Positions 40,301 through 53,027 of a DNA stretch of 64,000 nt are shown here, piece after piece. The translations under genes and the position numbers were made by a program. The notes below the pieces were generated by a model. It worked only from the letters and a program-made list of their open reading frames with translations. It did not search any database and was not told the DNA's origin. The DNA comes from the human T2T-CHM13v2.0 reference genome, Homo sapiens. The stretch lies in assembly GCF_009914755.1 (NCBI RefSeq), contig NC_060941.1; one strand, given 5' to 3'. Position 1 is the first letter of the stretch, and every line of letters starts with the position of its first letter.

Positions 40301-41904
40301 GAAAAATTTTCTGATCTTTTAAGTCCTAGTTTGAAAGGTGTTTGGTTTTCTTTTAATTTTGCAACCTAAATAGTCTGTTAACGTTAGAAGTTTTTAGTGA
40401 GCTTTAATACATTTATTTATTGTTCTTGAAAACTGGCCTTAAGAATGAACAGTTTTTAAAACAGTTTTTGCAAAGATGGAATTGTAGCCGTTGGCAGCTG
40501 TTAGAGTAGAAATTCCTTTGAGCTTATTTGGAGATTTTAGAAAGAGCTTAACTCCACCCTGGATACCCCCGTTAACTAAATATGCTGGCTACGATGTGAG
40601 CTCAAAGTTTTCTTTTCTTTTTCTTTTTTTTCTTTTTCTCTCTCCCAAATGCTAACCTTGTGCTAAAATCAAATAATGATGCTGTGAGATTTGTGGAATT
40701 TGGGAGAGGGGTTGGGATGGGGCAAAACTGAGCACAGTTAGGTACAAATGGGAATAATACAGTTAGAAGACAACAGGCTAAACGTGCTATACAGACAAGG
40801 GTAATTGATGGAATAAATTTCCTAGAAAGTGGAAGGGGACAGGATTACCAGTCCTTAGGTAATCCTAAAGTTAGGAGAGAAGAGGCTGTACACACTGGTA
40901 GGGATGATAGTAGGAAAAGGAGGGAGTGTCCTGTTTGAGGACTTCAGTGTTCAATAAAGTAGAAGGCTGTGCCCTGTATTATAGGTGTGTGTGGAGGGGC
41001 AGGGAGGGGTGGGTGGGGGCGCTGTGTAGAAACATCAGATTCTTGAGAGTGGACCAGATATGAAATCCTTGTGGAGAGAAGCAGATTGAGTTGACTAGAG
41101 AGCACATTTGAAGTTTGTGGTTGTGTACTTGTAATGAATCCTCTTGTCCTATAAGGTGTCTTTTTCCAGCATAGCTCCACTGCTTAGGCACATGCACAGA
41201 GAAAAGTAGAATATTAGGGCAAAAACTAATAAGCCCTGTGTAGTTGTAGATGTGGTTTCAATGCTGTGATGGGTCTTGACAGCCATGGGGTAGAGTGAGT
41301 GAAGACCTGAAAGCATGTTTTCCTTGAGAAACCAAAGGTAGCTCAGAATGCTTAGAGTACAGCATGAAAGAGGTAAAGAACAAGAAAGAAAAGAGCCTAG
41401 AGAGGTAAAAGGAGGCAAGAGCTGTTATGAAGAGCTTTGTAAGCCGTGTTAGAGCATTTAACTTTATTCCTTGGACAGTGGACAGCCATGGAAGGGTTTT
41501 ATGCTAGAAAGTAACATGATAAGATTTGCATCTGACAAGATCACTTCGACTATTCTGTGAAAAGTTACTAGGGGAGGATCAATACTGGAGGTAGGGGAAG
41601 TAGTCAGGGGGCTGTTGTAATCTAGGCAAAATAAAATAGCCTGAATTAAGGAAGTGGCACTGATGATAGGAATAAAAAATGGGTGTATTTGAGAAATATT
41701 TTGGATCAACATTTTGCCTTCCTCTGACTTTCTGGAGAAAAGAAAGTTTCTAATTGACTAAGGCTCCGTTAATGTTGGTTTTATATTACCTCACTTTAGT
41801 AATACTTTATTAGTTTACCTAAAGAGGGTCTGCCATATTTTGTATCATTTTGGTAGAATTTTTTTATTATCTTTTTTTCCTGACTAGAAAATACATGGTC
41901 TTAT

Positions 41905-43620
41905 GACATTCTTCATAGAAATGGAAAAAACTATCTTAAAATTTATATGGAACCACAAAAGACCCAGGATAGCCAAAGATGTCCTAAGCAAAAAGAACAA
42001 AACTAGAGGAATCACATTACCTGACCAAATTATAGTAACCAAAGAGCTATAGTATACAAAGCTATAGTATAGAGCTATAGTAACCAAAACAGCATGGTAC
42101 TGACATAAAAATAGACACGTAAACCAATGGAACAGAATAGAGAACCCAGAAACAAACTCACACACCTACAATGAACTTATTTTTAGCAAAGGTGCCAAGA
42201 ACATACACTGGGGAAAAGACTATCTCTTCAATAAATGGTGCAGGGAAAACTGGGTATTTATATTCAGAAGAATGAAACTAGACCCCTATCTCTTGCCATA
42301 AACAAAAATCAAATCAAAATGGATTAAAGACTTAAATCTAAGACCTCAAACTAGTACAAGAAAATATTGGTGAAACTCTCTAAGACATCGGCCTGGGCAA
42401 AGATTTCTTGAGTAATACCCCACAAACACAGGCAACCAGAGCAGACATGGACAAATGGGATCACATCAAGTTAAAAAGCTTCTTCACAGGAAAGGAAATC
42501 ATCAACAAAGTGAAGAGACAACCCACAGAATGGGAGAAAATATTTGCAAACTACCCATCTGACAAGGGATTAATAACCAGAATGTATAGGGAGCTCAAAC
42601 AACTCTCTATAGGAAAAACAATCTAATAATCTGATTTTTAAATGGGCAAAAGATTTGAATAGACATTTCTCAAAAGAAGACATACAAATGGCAGACAGGC
42701 ATATGAGAAGATGCTCAACATCATCGATTATCAGAGAAATGCAAATCAAAACTACAATGAGATATCATCTCACCCCAGTTAAAATGGCTTGTATCCAAAG
42801 GCAGGCAATAACAAATGCTGGCAAGGATGTGGAGAAAAGGGAATCCTCGTACACTGTTAGTGGGAATGTGAATTATTAGTAGACCCAATATGGAGAACAG
42901 TTTGGAGGTTCCTCAAAAAACTAACAATAGAGCTGCCATATGATCCAGCACTTCCACTGCTAGGTATATACCCAAAAGAAAGGAAATCAGTATATGGAAG
43001 AGATATCTACACTCCCATGTTTGTTGCAGCTCTGTTCATAATAGTCAAGATTTGGAAGCAAACTAAATGTCTATCAGCAGATAAATGGATAAAGAAAATG
43101 TGGTACTTATACACAGTGGAGTACTATTCCACCATTAAAAAGGATGAGATTCCATCATTTGCAGCAACATGGATGGAACTGGAAATCATTATGTTAGGTG
43201 AAATAAGCCAGGCACAGAAAAACAAACATTGCGTATTCTCACTTATGTATAGGATCTAAAAACCAAAACAATGGAGCCCATGGAGATAGAGAGTAGAAGG
43301 ACGGTTACCAGAGGCTGGGAAGGGTAGTGGGGTGGTGGGGATGGTTAATGGTACAAAAAAATAGGATGAATGAATAAGACCTAGTATTTGATAGTACAGC
43401 AGAGTGACTATAGTCAATAATAATTTAATTGTACATTTTAATAACTAATAGAGTATAACTGAATTGTTTGTAACACAAAAGATAAGTGTTTGAGGGGATG
43501 GATACCCCATTTTCCATGATGTGACTATTATACATTGCATGACGGTATCAGAATATCTCATGTACCCCATGTACCTACTACGTACCTATAAAAATTAAAA
43601 CAATTTAAAAAAAATTTTTA
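41905..43620 (+). mobile_element. 5'-truncated L1 (L1MA2/3-like): ORF2 C-terminal remnant plus 3' UTR
   Basis: ORF2 peptides [11 protein letters not shown]...[26 protein letters not shown]...[31 protein letters not shown]; 19-bp TSD agaaaa(t/c)aca(t/g)ggtcttat at 41886-41904 / 43621-43639. Confidence 0.95.
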
Positions 43621-44699
43621 AGAAAACACAGGGTCTTATAGACAGTTGAAAATTACAAAAAGGTAAAGCATAGTAAATCAGCTTCCCTCTCACTATCCAG
43701 AGACAAGGATTGTAAATATTTTGATGTTTTCTCCTTCCATCTTTTTTCAGAAAGCATTGCTTGCAAACTGAGATCTCTCTGGAAGGAAAAAGGGGTCAGT
43801 TCCATACAGTGATTCTTGGAGCTAGTAAAAACCAGTTTAAGTTTCTGAGTGTTTTACTTGTAGGATGTGGTACTTTGCCTCTGATAAGTGCTAGGTGACC
43901 TTTTAGATCCTTTATTTTCTCCTTTAAGGATGAAGCCTTAAAATCCAGCCTAGTGAGAGAGGGCCTGAGTAATCTGTTTAGAGGAGAACATTGCCCCAGT
44001 CACCACATTGGGTGAAAAGCCACTTCTGATGAATGCCAGAGCACACACATTCATTATTTCAAATGCCTCATGGGGGAAAATCAATGGGAAGGAGTCTTAC
44101 TTAGTTTGTTTATTCTAGGTAAGGCAACAGAGAATTGGTAACCAGAGAGTAATGGCTGACTGGGTGTCTTTACTGATTTGTAAGCTGAAAGTAATGGCAC
44201 ATGGAATCCTGCTGGATAAGGTGCCTCTCCCTGTGCTTTATTTTTTTTGTTTTTAACATCCCTTTTAACTTGGTCTGAGATTGATCGAGACATTGTCTTG
44301 AACCCTGGAAGCTGTGAGCCATATTGGAATGACAAACACTTGTTGACAGCGTTGAGAAGATGGATGGAAAAACAAACTCCCACGAGGTTCACATGTTTGT
44401 TTTCCTGTTGACTCTCTAGAAGAATGTTGTGACCATTATTTAATGTAGGGGAAGAAAAAGTTATTGTCAAATTCAGTATTTTCTGAGCCTAACTTACAGA
44501 CATCTCTAGAATACATCTGCCTTTTGCATAGGATGTAATTAATCAAAGTAGGACTAGGAAGTACATCAGTTGGGCTGTGGTATTTCTATCCATTTTTGTT
44601 ATCTGTGTCATTTTGGCTCACAGAGTTCAATAGTATCATAAGTATATATTGTCTGTTAGGAAGATTAATAAGTGTATTTTGTATCTGAGCATTAACTAT

Positions 44700-44885
44700 T
44701 TGGATAATATATAATTAGAATTAATATAATATATTTTAATATATTACTAGGTAATTATATATACTATATTAAAATATAACGTTATATTTTATAATATAAA
44801 ATGTATTGTTAGTCTATAACATATATAACAATATATTTATAATATATTAAAATTAATATTCACTAACATAAAAATATGTATAATA
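44700..44885. repeat. AT-rich low-complexity tract
   Basis: Almost exclusively A/T, degenerate (TAA/TA)n. Confidence 0.8.
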
Positions 44886-45287
44886 AGAAAGCACAAACGT
44901 TATAATAGGTGTCTAATAGATATTTATCCATTGGTATAATCATGCCCTAGATTTTTGTCATGTGAGTATGAGGAGAAAAAGAAAGATCCATTTACTACTC
45001 TGTTAAATAGAACTGTTCATTGATTCCCAAACCAATTATGAGACAAAGATTAATATAAATACTTACTATGTTTATATCAATTAGTGCCCTTCAGATACTT
45101 AAACTAGGAATACCCTTTCTACTCTAGGCAAGTTATTTTGTAGGTATGATGTATATGAAATGAAATGATTTGAAGTGGTTAGCTTTACAGTGTATTATAA
45201 ATAATTTAACTGCACCTGTCTACTGAGCATCTTCTCACTTTTTTGTAATAAAATTTTCCTTTGCTATGGAGAAAATAGTATATGTGT

Positions 45288-45700
45288 TTTAGCGGCGATA
45301 CTGTGTCTTTGTGTCTCTCTACCAGCACCCTCCCCGTGCTCACAGGATAGTCACCTCATTCCTTGGCCATGATGATTCATGGCCGTGATGGTTCTGGACT
45401 TTTCTCTTGGAGCTAAGCAGAAATAAACTAGTTTTTAGGGTGGCTAGGAGTGTGGAAGGCAGGGACTGCTGTTGTCATTTTGCCTGCTTCATGGAAAAAG
45501 TCTGCATGCAGGAATAAACCAAGCCAATTTAAGAGATGGGAGGAGCCGGTGTCATGATGGCATCATTTGAAATTCTGAATCTTGTCCTTCCTGAAAGCAG
45601 GTACAACCCTGTTATAAGCAATAATAAAGCCCCATTTTCCTTTGAGCTAGTTTGAGTTGTGTTTCTATCACTTGCAATCCCAAGAGCCTGAGTACTATAA
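45288..45700 (+). mobile_element. Old MaLR solo LTR (MLT1J/K-like)
   Basis: 3' end aataaagccccattttcctttgagctagttttgagttgtgtttctatcacttgcaatcccaagagcctgagta is typical of MLT1. Confidence 0.7.
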
Positions 45701-45805
45701 CAGATCACAGGATTGCCAGAGAGCAATAAATGTGAGGGAGGATATGACTGATTGGGAAGGGAGATGGTGGGGAAGTGAACCTGAAGAAAAAAAGGAAAAG
45801 TTTAC

Positions 45806-46098
45806 GGCCGGGCACAGTGACTCACGCCTGTAATCCCAGCACTCTTAAGAGGCTGAGGCGAGTGGATCACTTGAGGCCAAGAGTTTGAGACCAGCCTGGA
45901 CAATATGGTGAAACCCCATCTCTACCAACAATACAAAAACTTAGCCGGGTTTGGTGGCATGCACCTGTGGTCCCAGCTACTTGGGAGGCTGAGGTAGGAG
46001 GATCCCTTGAGCCCAGGATGCAGAGGTTGCAGCCACCCGTGATTGTGCCACTGTATTTAGCCTGGGCAACAGAGTAAAACCCTGTCTCAAAAAAAAAA
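45806..46098 (+). mobile_element. Alu (AluJ-like)
   Basis: ggaggatcccttgagcccagg J-type diagnostic; flanks aaaagtttac on both sides (TSD). Confidence 0.95.
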
Positions 46099-47341
46099 GG
46101 AAAAAAAAGTTTACAGTGAAAAGAGTTCTAAAAGATTGGTGGATTTTTATGAAGAAAGACTGAGAGGAAAACCTCTTTTGAAAATTTAACCTAGTCAGAA
46201 AATAAGTTGTTTTCTGAAGAAAAGGTGTTATTCCTTTCCGTGCAATATTAATGTTTGAAATGTTCACAGTCTTTGTGTATTAGGATGTTGGAGGTTAAAG
46301 GAGTCAAACCGTTGTAGGTTTGATTTCAACTGGAAAGGGCAGAGGCCTTGGAGGTAACCTGACCATTGGAATTAATGTCCAGCCTTTCCCTCACTTCCCT
46401 TGTATCCCATTCTGTGTTCATAGACAACTAAGAGAAAGGAGGGCATGTTTTCTGGGGCTTTGGTTTGTATAGTTCCAGGGAAAGACGTTTCAGTTGGCCC
46501 AGTTTGAATCAGATAACACACTCAGTAATCACTGTGTCCAGGAGCAGTGTAAGGTACTGGATTCTTTAGCATTTGAGACCGTGAACAAGAGCCTTCAACT
46601 AGAAGAAGGCAGGTGCAGTACAAGACTGGTCCCTGACAGAATTAGCTTGACCTGGACAGCTGCCCAAATTCTGTTTACTACAGCATATTACTTTCAGTGT
46701 TCTCTGAAGTAGTGAGGGTATATGAAAAAGGGGGCCAAACAGTATATTCTAAGGGTTGATATTACTGCATTTGTCTTTTGTTGTCAGCACAAGTTGCCAT
46801 TGTTTTTACTTCACTGCTTCAGAAGTAGTTGGAACCAACTGAAAATGATAACATTATGAAAAACTAATTATTATAAAGCACAGGAAAAAAAAAATGAGTA
46901 GGCTAAAGCCAGCTGTATATAGGTTCTGAAATAACTGTTGAAGTGTTTAAATTGCTCATTGAAATAAACAATGCTTTATGTTTAGGAAATGTGGTTTAAG
47001 TATCTAAACCAATGCAGTAAGCCTAACTGAAAGCATTATAGTAAATGCATGAAGAACAGAATCAAGTAGCAGCATGAGTTCTGATCCCTTGGTGCTAGGA
47101 AGAATTGCTGGGCCCTCACTGAAATGAACCATGAGTCTTGGTTAGCATGGTATTTTTGCCCAGATGTTGCTTGTCCGGCAAAATTTAAGCATTCATGGGA
47201 GTCAGATGCTGCTGCCAAGTTATGGCATCCTGGAGTCCAGTTGCTATCTATTTCTATTCTTCCATGGATGATGTGCTAGAAACATAGAAAAGACAGTATC
47301 TTTTTTCATCCAGATGAAATGATGCATTAGAATTCCTGAAC

Positions 47342-47343
<2 letters not shown>

Positions 47344-47381
<38 letters not shown>
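47344..47381. repeat. (AC)19 perfect microsatellite
   Basis: Direct read. Confidence 0.97.
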
Positions 47382-47384
<3 letters not shown>

Positions 47385-47919
47385 AACTGCCAAGATAGTT
47401 ACTTAACCACGAGTTTATTTGTTAAATTAGGTAACACCTTACAAGCATTTAAATCACTTGATTTGTAATTGGAATCCTCTTTCATCCCATGAAATTCAAT
47501 TAAAGTACATATATCAAGTCATGAGGAAAGATTATTCCAAATACTTACACATTGAATATTGGGGAAGGGAAGGAATGTGAATGTTCAGGCAGAACCTTTT
47601 AATTACATGTAACTTCAACTAATTCAATAAAGAATATGGACTCTAACAGGCTAATAATTTTTCAACACATTATATAAATTATACATCATTTTAAAATAAT
47701 TTAGTGCAGTCTGCAGGTATGTTTATTTGCAATGATGGTTTATTAAATAAATTATTTATTGAGTGCCTATTTGCATGTTACTATACCATTTCCTGTTAAC
47801 ATTAAGAATTATGAATTCACATATCTCAGGAAGTCAGCCATTTAGATTGTTAGATAACATGAATATACTGAAAAACTAAATACCTTTAAGCAGCGGCTCT
47901 GTTGAAAGTAAGAGAAGTT

Positions 47920-48944
47920 TGTATCAGTCAAAGTTTGATCAGAATGTCAGAACCACTATGCAGGATATAAGGGCTGTATATTAGTCCGTTTTCATGCTGC
48001 TGATAAGACATAACCCGCGATTGGGCAATTTACAAAAGGAAGAGGTTTAATTGCACCTACAGTTCCACATGGCTGGGGAGGCCTCACAATCATGGTGGAA
48101 GGTGAAAGGCACATCTTACATGCAGCAGGTAAGAGAGAGAATGAGAACCAAGTGAAACAGGTTTCTCCTTATCAAACCATCAGATCTTGTGAGGCATATT
48201 CACTACTACAAGAACAGTATGGGGGAAACCGCTACCATGATTCAGTTCTCTCCCACCAGGTCCCTCCCACAACACGTGGAAATTATGGGAGTACAATTCA
48301 AGATGAGATTTGGGTGGGGACACAGAGCCAAACCATATCAGGCTGATGTAGGGGTTAGACCTTATGCATTCCTTTGAGTTAAGCAATCTGTGAGGCTGTT
48401 GCCCCAGTATCTAATTCTGGGCCTGACAAAAGCAGAGCCATCTGTAAGGGAAGTAGAAGAGAGCAAGAACAACCTGGAATCTGTGAGGACCACCTAAAAC
48501 TCATTAGAATAAACTAGACCACGTGGCTGTCTCTTGTCCTTGCCACTTCTAAACATCGGACTTTGATGATGCACATGACCTACAGAAGAGCTTGTATGTT
48601 CCACCAAGGAGCAGCACACATACTTGGCCCAGGATGATAAGAAGCTGGAAAAGCTCGGGGATCAGCTGCAACCCAAGGATATCTGGCAGGAGCTACAGAA
48701 GCTGCAGGCCCAGCACTGCTCCAGGCCAACAGTGTGAGCCAACAGATTCACAATTGTGTGTGCTCCACTGTAGTACCTGACCTTATGCCAATTTTCCAAG
48801 TGTAAGCATGGCTACTGCTTCATTTCCAACGTCCACATCTCACGTAAGCTTCTTTTGGCCAGCCCTAACCTAAAACTGTACAGAAAGGGGATTCTGGGCA
48901 ATGTAGTTCTGGATTAACTAAATTGACACAACACAGAGCCATCA
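47920..48944 (-). mobile_element. ERVL LTR (LTR41/LTR52-like), interrupted by THE1
   Basis: On - strand starts TGATGG...tgtgtcaatttagttaatccagaactacattgcccagaatccc and ends ...tgactgataCA. Confidence 0.7.
47977..48340 (-). mobile_element. THE1 (THE1C-like) solo LTR
   Basis: tattagtccgttttcatgctgctgataa...gatttgggtggggacacagagccaaaccatatca; 5-bp TSD GGCTG (47972-47976 / 48341-48345). Confidence 0.93.
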
Positions 48945-49410
48945 TGGTTCACCCTTGTCAGCTTGGCAGTCAGATACATCTTTCAGCCGTACTAAACTTC
49001 CAAATAAGGTGATAGCAGAATCGTGTTTTATGCCAAACACAGTAAAACTTTCCCTCTTACAACCAAAAAATCACTAATTTACTCCCCAAAAGAGAAGACA
49101 AGTCTCTATTCATCTTTAGGTGCCATTCATTTCTCTTCAAGCTCCTTGATATTGCATAACTTAAATACTGAAGTATGAGTCTAAATACTGTTAACATATT
49201 TTACATTAAATGGCAGGAGGATAGGAGAGAGGAATAAAAAGTTTGATTCATGTATACAAATACAGTTCTATCAAAATAAGAAAAAAGCATTTATAACTGT
49301 TCTAGTCCTCATTTCTGCAACTGATCACAGGGTCATTGCTGGTATTTATAACCACTTTCTTCTGATAGCCAGTCCCTATTCTCTTTGTCCTTGGCAAACA
49401 CTTTGTCCTT
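48945..49410 (-). mobile_element. ERVL internal 3' fragment adjoining the LTR
   Basis: PPT-like gacaagggtgaacca directly before the LTR on the - strand; gtcctcatttctgcaactgatcacagggtc...gctggtatttataaccac resembles ERVL-int. Confidence 0.65.
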
Positions 49411-49429
49411 ACCACATAACATGACCAAA

Positions 49430-50110
49430 ACCTGGAAGTGGAACTTTCATATACTGCTGTGGGAATGAAAAAGTGGCACAACCACTTCGTGAAATAGTTT
49501 GACAGTTTCCTAAGTAGTTTAAACACCTCAACTATATGATATATGTGTGTTTAGCTTTGAGAGTGAAAAGCATATGTCCATACAAAGACTTGCACACAGA
49601 TGTTCATAGCTGCTTTTTGGTAATAGTTAAAAACTATTAGAAATATTCAGATATCCATTAACCAGATATCCATCCAAAAACCAAATATCCATCAGCAAGT
49701 AAAAAGATGCACAAACTGCGATACTACCATATAATTGAATATTACTCAGCAATAAAAAGGAATGAACTATTGAAACCCTCTGCAAGATGATGAATATCAA
49801 AAGTTATTATTCGGAGTGTAAAAAATTCAGACAAAAAGAGTCCATTTTATTTACATAAAACTCTAGAAAATGCAAGTACTCTAGGGACACAAAGCAATTC
49901 AGTGGCTGCCTGAGGACAAGAAGCTTGTGAGTTGGGTGGAAGAGGCGGACTACAGGGAAACATGACATAACATTTTGGGGTGATTTGAATATGTTCAGGA
50001 TCTTGATTGGTGGGCGTTTCATGGGTAAATACATAAGTTGAAACTTACCAAAGTAAATAGTTTAACTATGTGTAGGTTCTTGCATGTCGATTATACCTTA
50101 ATAAAGTTAT
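49430..50110 (+). mobile_element. Old L1 3' end (L1MB/L1ME-like)
   Basis: ggaactttcatatactgctgtgggaatg...atgtccatacaaagacttgcacacagatgttcatagc...ttataccttAATAAAgtt. Confidence 0.8.
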
Positions 50111-51236
50111 GACTGTTAAAAAGAGATTGGCTCTAACAATGGATAATCTGTGTTTTTATATACCGACTAGAGTGACATTGCTATGTTGTAAAATTATAAA
50201 AGATTTATTCACTTGACCTGCTATTTTTTAAATTATGTAATTCTTGATGAGTGTTTGTTTTATTTGCAATTTATATGAATTCACATAAATTGCAACCACA
50301 CACCTCTAAGTGGTTCAGACAAGTGCCATGGGGATTGAAAGGAGAGAGGGATAACATTTAAGTCAGAAGTTTAGGCTTCAGTTTAGGTATTTTAATTTGA
50401 ACTTAGTTTTAAGAGGATGGGTTGGGTTTGTTAAGTGAAGATTCAAGGAACATCAGTCTAATCAACGGATGCAGACATAGGTGAGAAATGAGCAGAAGTG
50501 CATGATGTGCTACAGTCCATCACTTACACTGTCTTTTCAGATCCTCATAGTAACTTCAATTGTTGGAGAAATTATTCTCATTTGCCGCTGAGGAAACTAA
50601 GGCTTCCGATATTATTTTCTTCAACCCCAGGGTCAGAAACTGGCTGAGTCTCCAACTCCCTTGGGCAGTTTGCTCTTCCTGAGATAGTGGCGAGTGTGAC
50701 CAGGGGATACAAATAAAGTAATTGAGAAGCTTGAAAGTAGCGTTAGGGCTAGATTAGTGATAGCCTTTGAATAACTTTCAAAGAATTTGGACTTTTCAGG
50801 GTCCATTGGGAATGAGCAGTGTGAGAAGTCCATTAAATGTTTTTGAGCAAGTAATTTGATGATGTTTCTATAGTAGTGGCAATAGTAGAGTGAACCAGGA
50901 AGGGTAGATTTGAGAAATATTATGAAGTCCAAATAATCAGGATATGGTGATGAATTAGATATAGTTGGCCAATGCATGGAAGAAATCAGAGCCGATTCTA
51001 AAGATTTTGACATGGGTTATAGAGAAGTTGTATGTTTAACAAAAAAAGAATCTGGAGAGGCACTTTGATTTTCGTGGAAATGTGTTGAATTCAATTTGAG
51101 ACACATTGAGTTTGTGATGTTAAAACATCTACATGAAAAAAAAAAAAAACAGCAATCAAGTGACATTACAGAATTGGAGCCCAGGAGAAAGATGGGGCTG
51201 CACACGTAGTGGTTTTATTGAAAGATAGGAGAGTGA

Positions 51237-51771
<535 letters not shown>

Positions 51772-52039
51772 TCATGGCACATTAGCATGGCACGTGAGGC
51801 TCTCTGTGACCCTTGTCTACCTCTGGAGCTTCATCACCAGCCATCCAGCAACACTCATGATAATAGCAAATAAACTGATCTTCAGTAAGTACATTCTGTG
51901 TGCCAGGCATCATGCCTTATGTACATTATCTTAATCCTTACATCACCTGACAAGTGATATATTATTATTTTTGGTTTGCAGATGAAGAAATTAGGTTTAC
52001 TCAGGTTGCACAGCCACTATTAAATGGTAAATCTGAATA

Positions 52040-52330
52040 TTTTTTTTGAGACGGAGTCTTAACTCTGGTCCAGGCTGGAGTGCAGTGGCACAATCTCAGC
52101 TCACTGCAAGCTCTGCCTCCTGGGAGGGTTCACACCATTCTCCTGCCTCAGCCTCCCAAGTAGCTGGGACTACAGGCACCCGCCACCGCGCCCGGCTAAT
52201 TTTTTGTGTTTTTAGTAGAGACGGGGTTTCATCATGTATCCAGGGTGGTCTCCATCTCCTGAACTCGTGATCCGCCCCCCTTGGCCTCCCAAAGTGCTGG
52301 GATTACAGGCGTGAGCCACCGTGCCCGGCC
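52040..52330 (-). mobile_element. AluY-like with very short tail, inserted in a MIR
   Basis: cactgcaagctc, ttcacaccattctcc, ctcgtgatcc Y diagnostics; TSD taaatctgaa at 52028-52037 / 52331-52340; MIR (-) sequence on both sides (~51860-52400). Confidence 0.95.
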
Positions 52331-52699
52331 TAAATCTGAAATTTAACCCTAATTTCTCTAGCTACAAGACTAGGCTCTTAATCAGTCTGCTGTGTTGAAC
52401 TTCTACTAGGTACTCCAGCATTTCATCAAAGTTCTGCCTCCTACGCATTTGTTTGTGCTTCTTCTGTGTCTGGAGTGCTTGTCCCTCCTACCCTATGCCC
52501 TTAACCATCTAGCCCTGCTCAGCCTTTAAGCTTCCCTTGAAGAGTATTTGAGGAAAATCATCCTTGCCCTTTTCTGTCTCCCTAGCTGGGTTCAGAGCCC
52601 GTTCTCTGGACTCCCATAATCCTTTGCACAACTCTGTCCTTCTACTGCACATGTGATTATAATTAACCAGGTTCTCTTGTCTCAGTCTTTCTAGTGGAT

Positions 52700-53027
52700 T
52701 AGGGGTTGGCAAACATTTTCTGCAGAGTCAGACAGTAAACATTCTATGCTTTGTGGGCTATGTGGTCTCTGTTGCAACTACCCGGCTCTGCTGCTGTGTA
52801 AAAGCAGCCATAACAATACTAAGGCAAATGAGTGTAGCTGAATTCCAATAAAACTTTGTTTATGGACACTGAAATTTTACTTTCATATAATTTTCACATG
52901 CCACAAATAATCTTCTTTTAACTTACTTTCCCAATTATTAAGGAGATATAAAAAGACAGTGGCTTGTGCGCCTTAAAAACAGGTACAGGCTGGATTTGGC
53001 CCATGAGCTACAGTTTGCCGACACCTG
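52700..53027 (+). mobile_element. MER58 (MER58B-length) hAT-Charlie MITE
   Basis: TIRs taggggttggcaaac / gtttgccgacacctg; internal ggtctctgttgcaactac...ttccaataaaactttgtttatggacactgaaa. Confidence 0.87.

Noticed and set aside
42408-43259. Three ORFs with clear protein-like sequence
   Set aside because: Fragments of L1 ORF2 broken by stops and frameshifts; not a host gene.
44081-44470. 129-aa minus-strand ORF (also 50633-51013 and 39297-39605)
   Set aside because: No recognisable domain or splice context; 50633-51013 overlaps L2-like sequence; lengths are compatible with chance.
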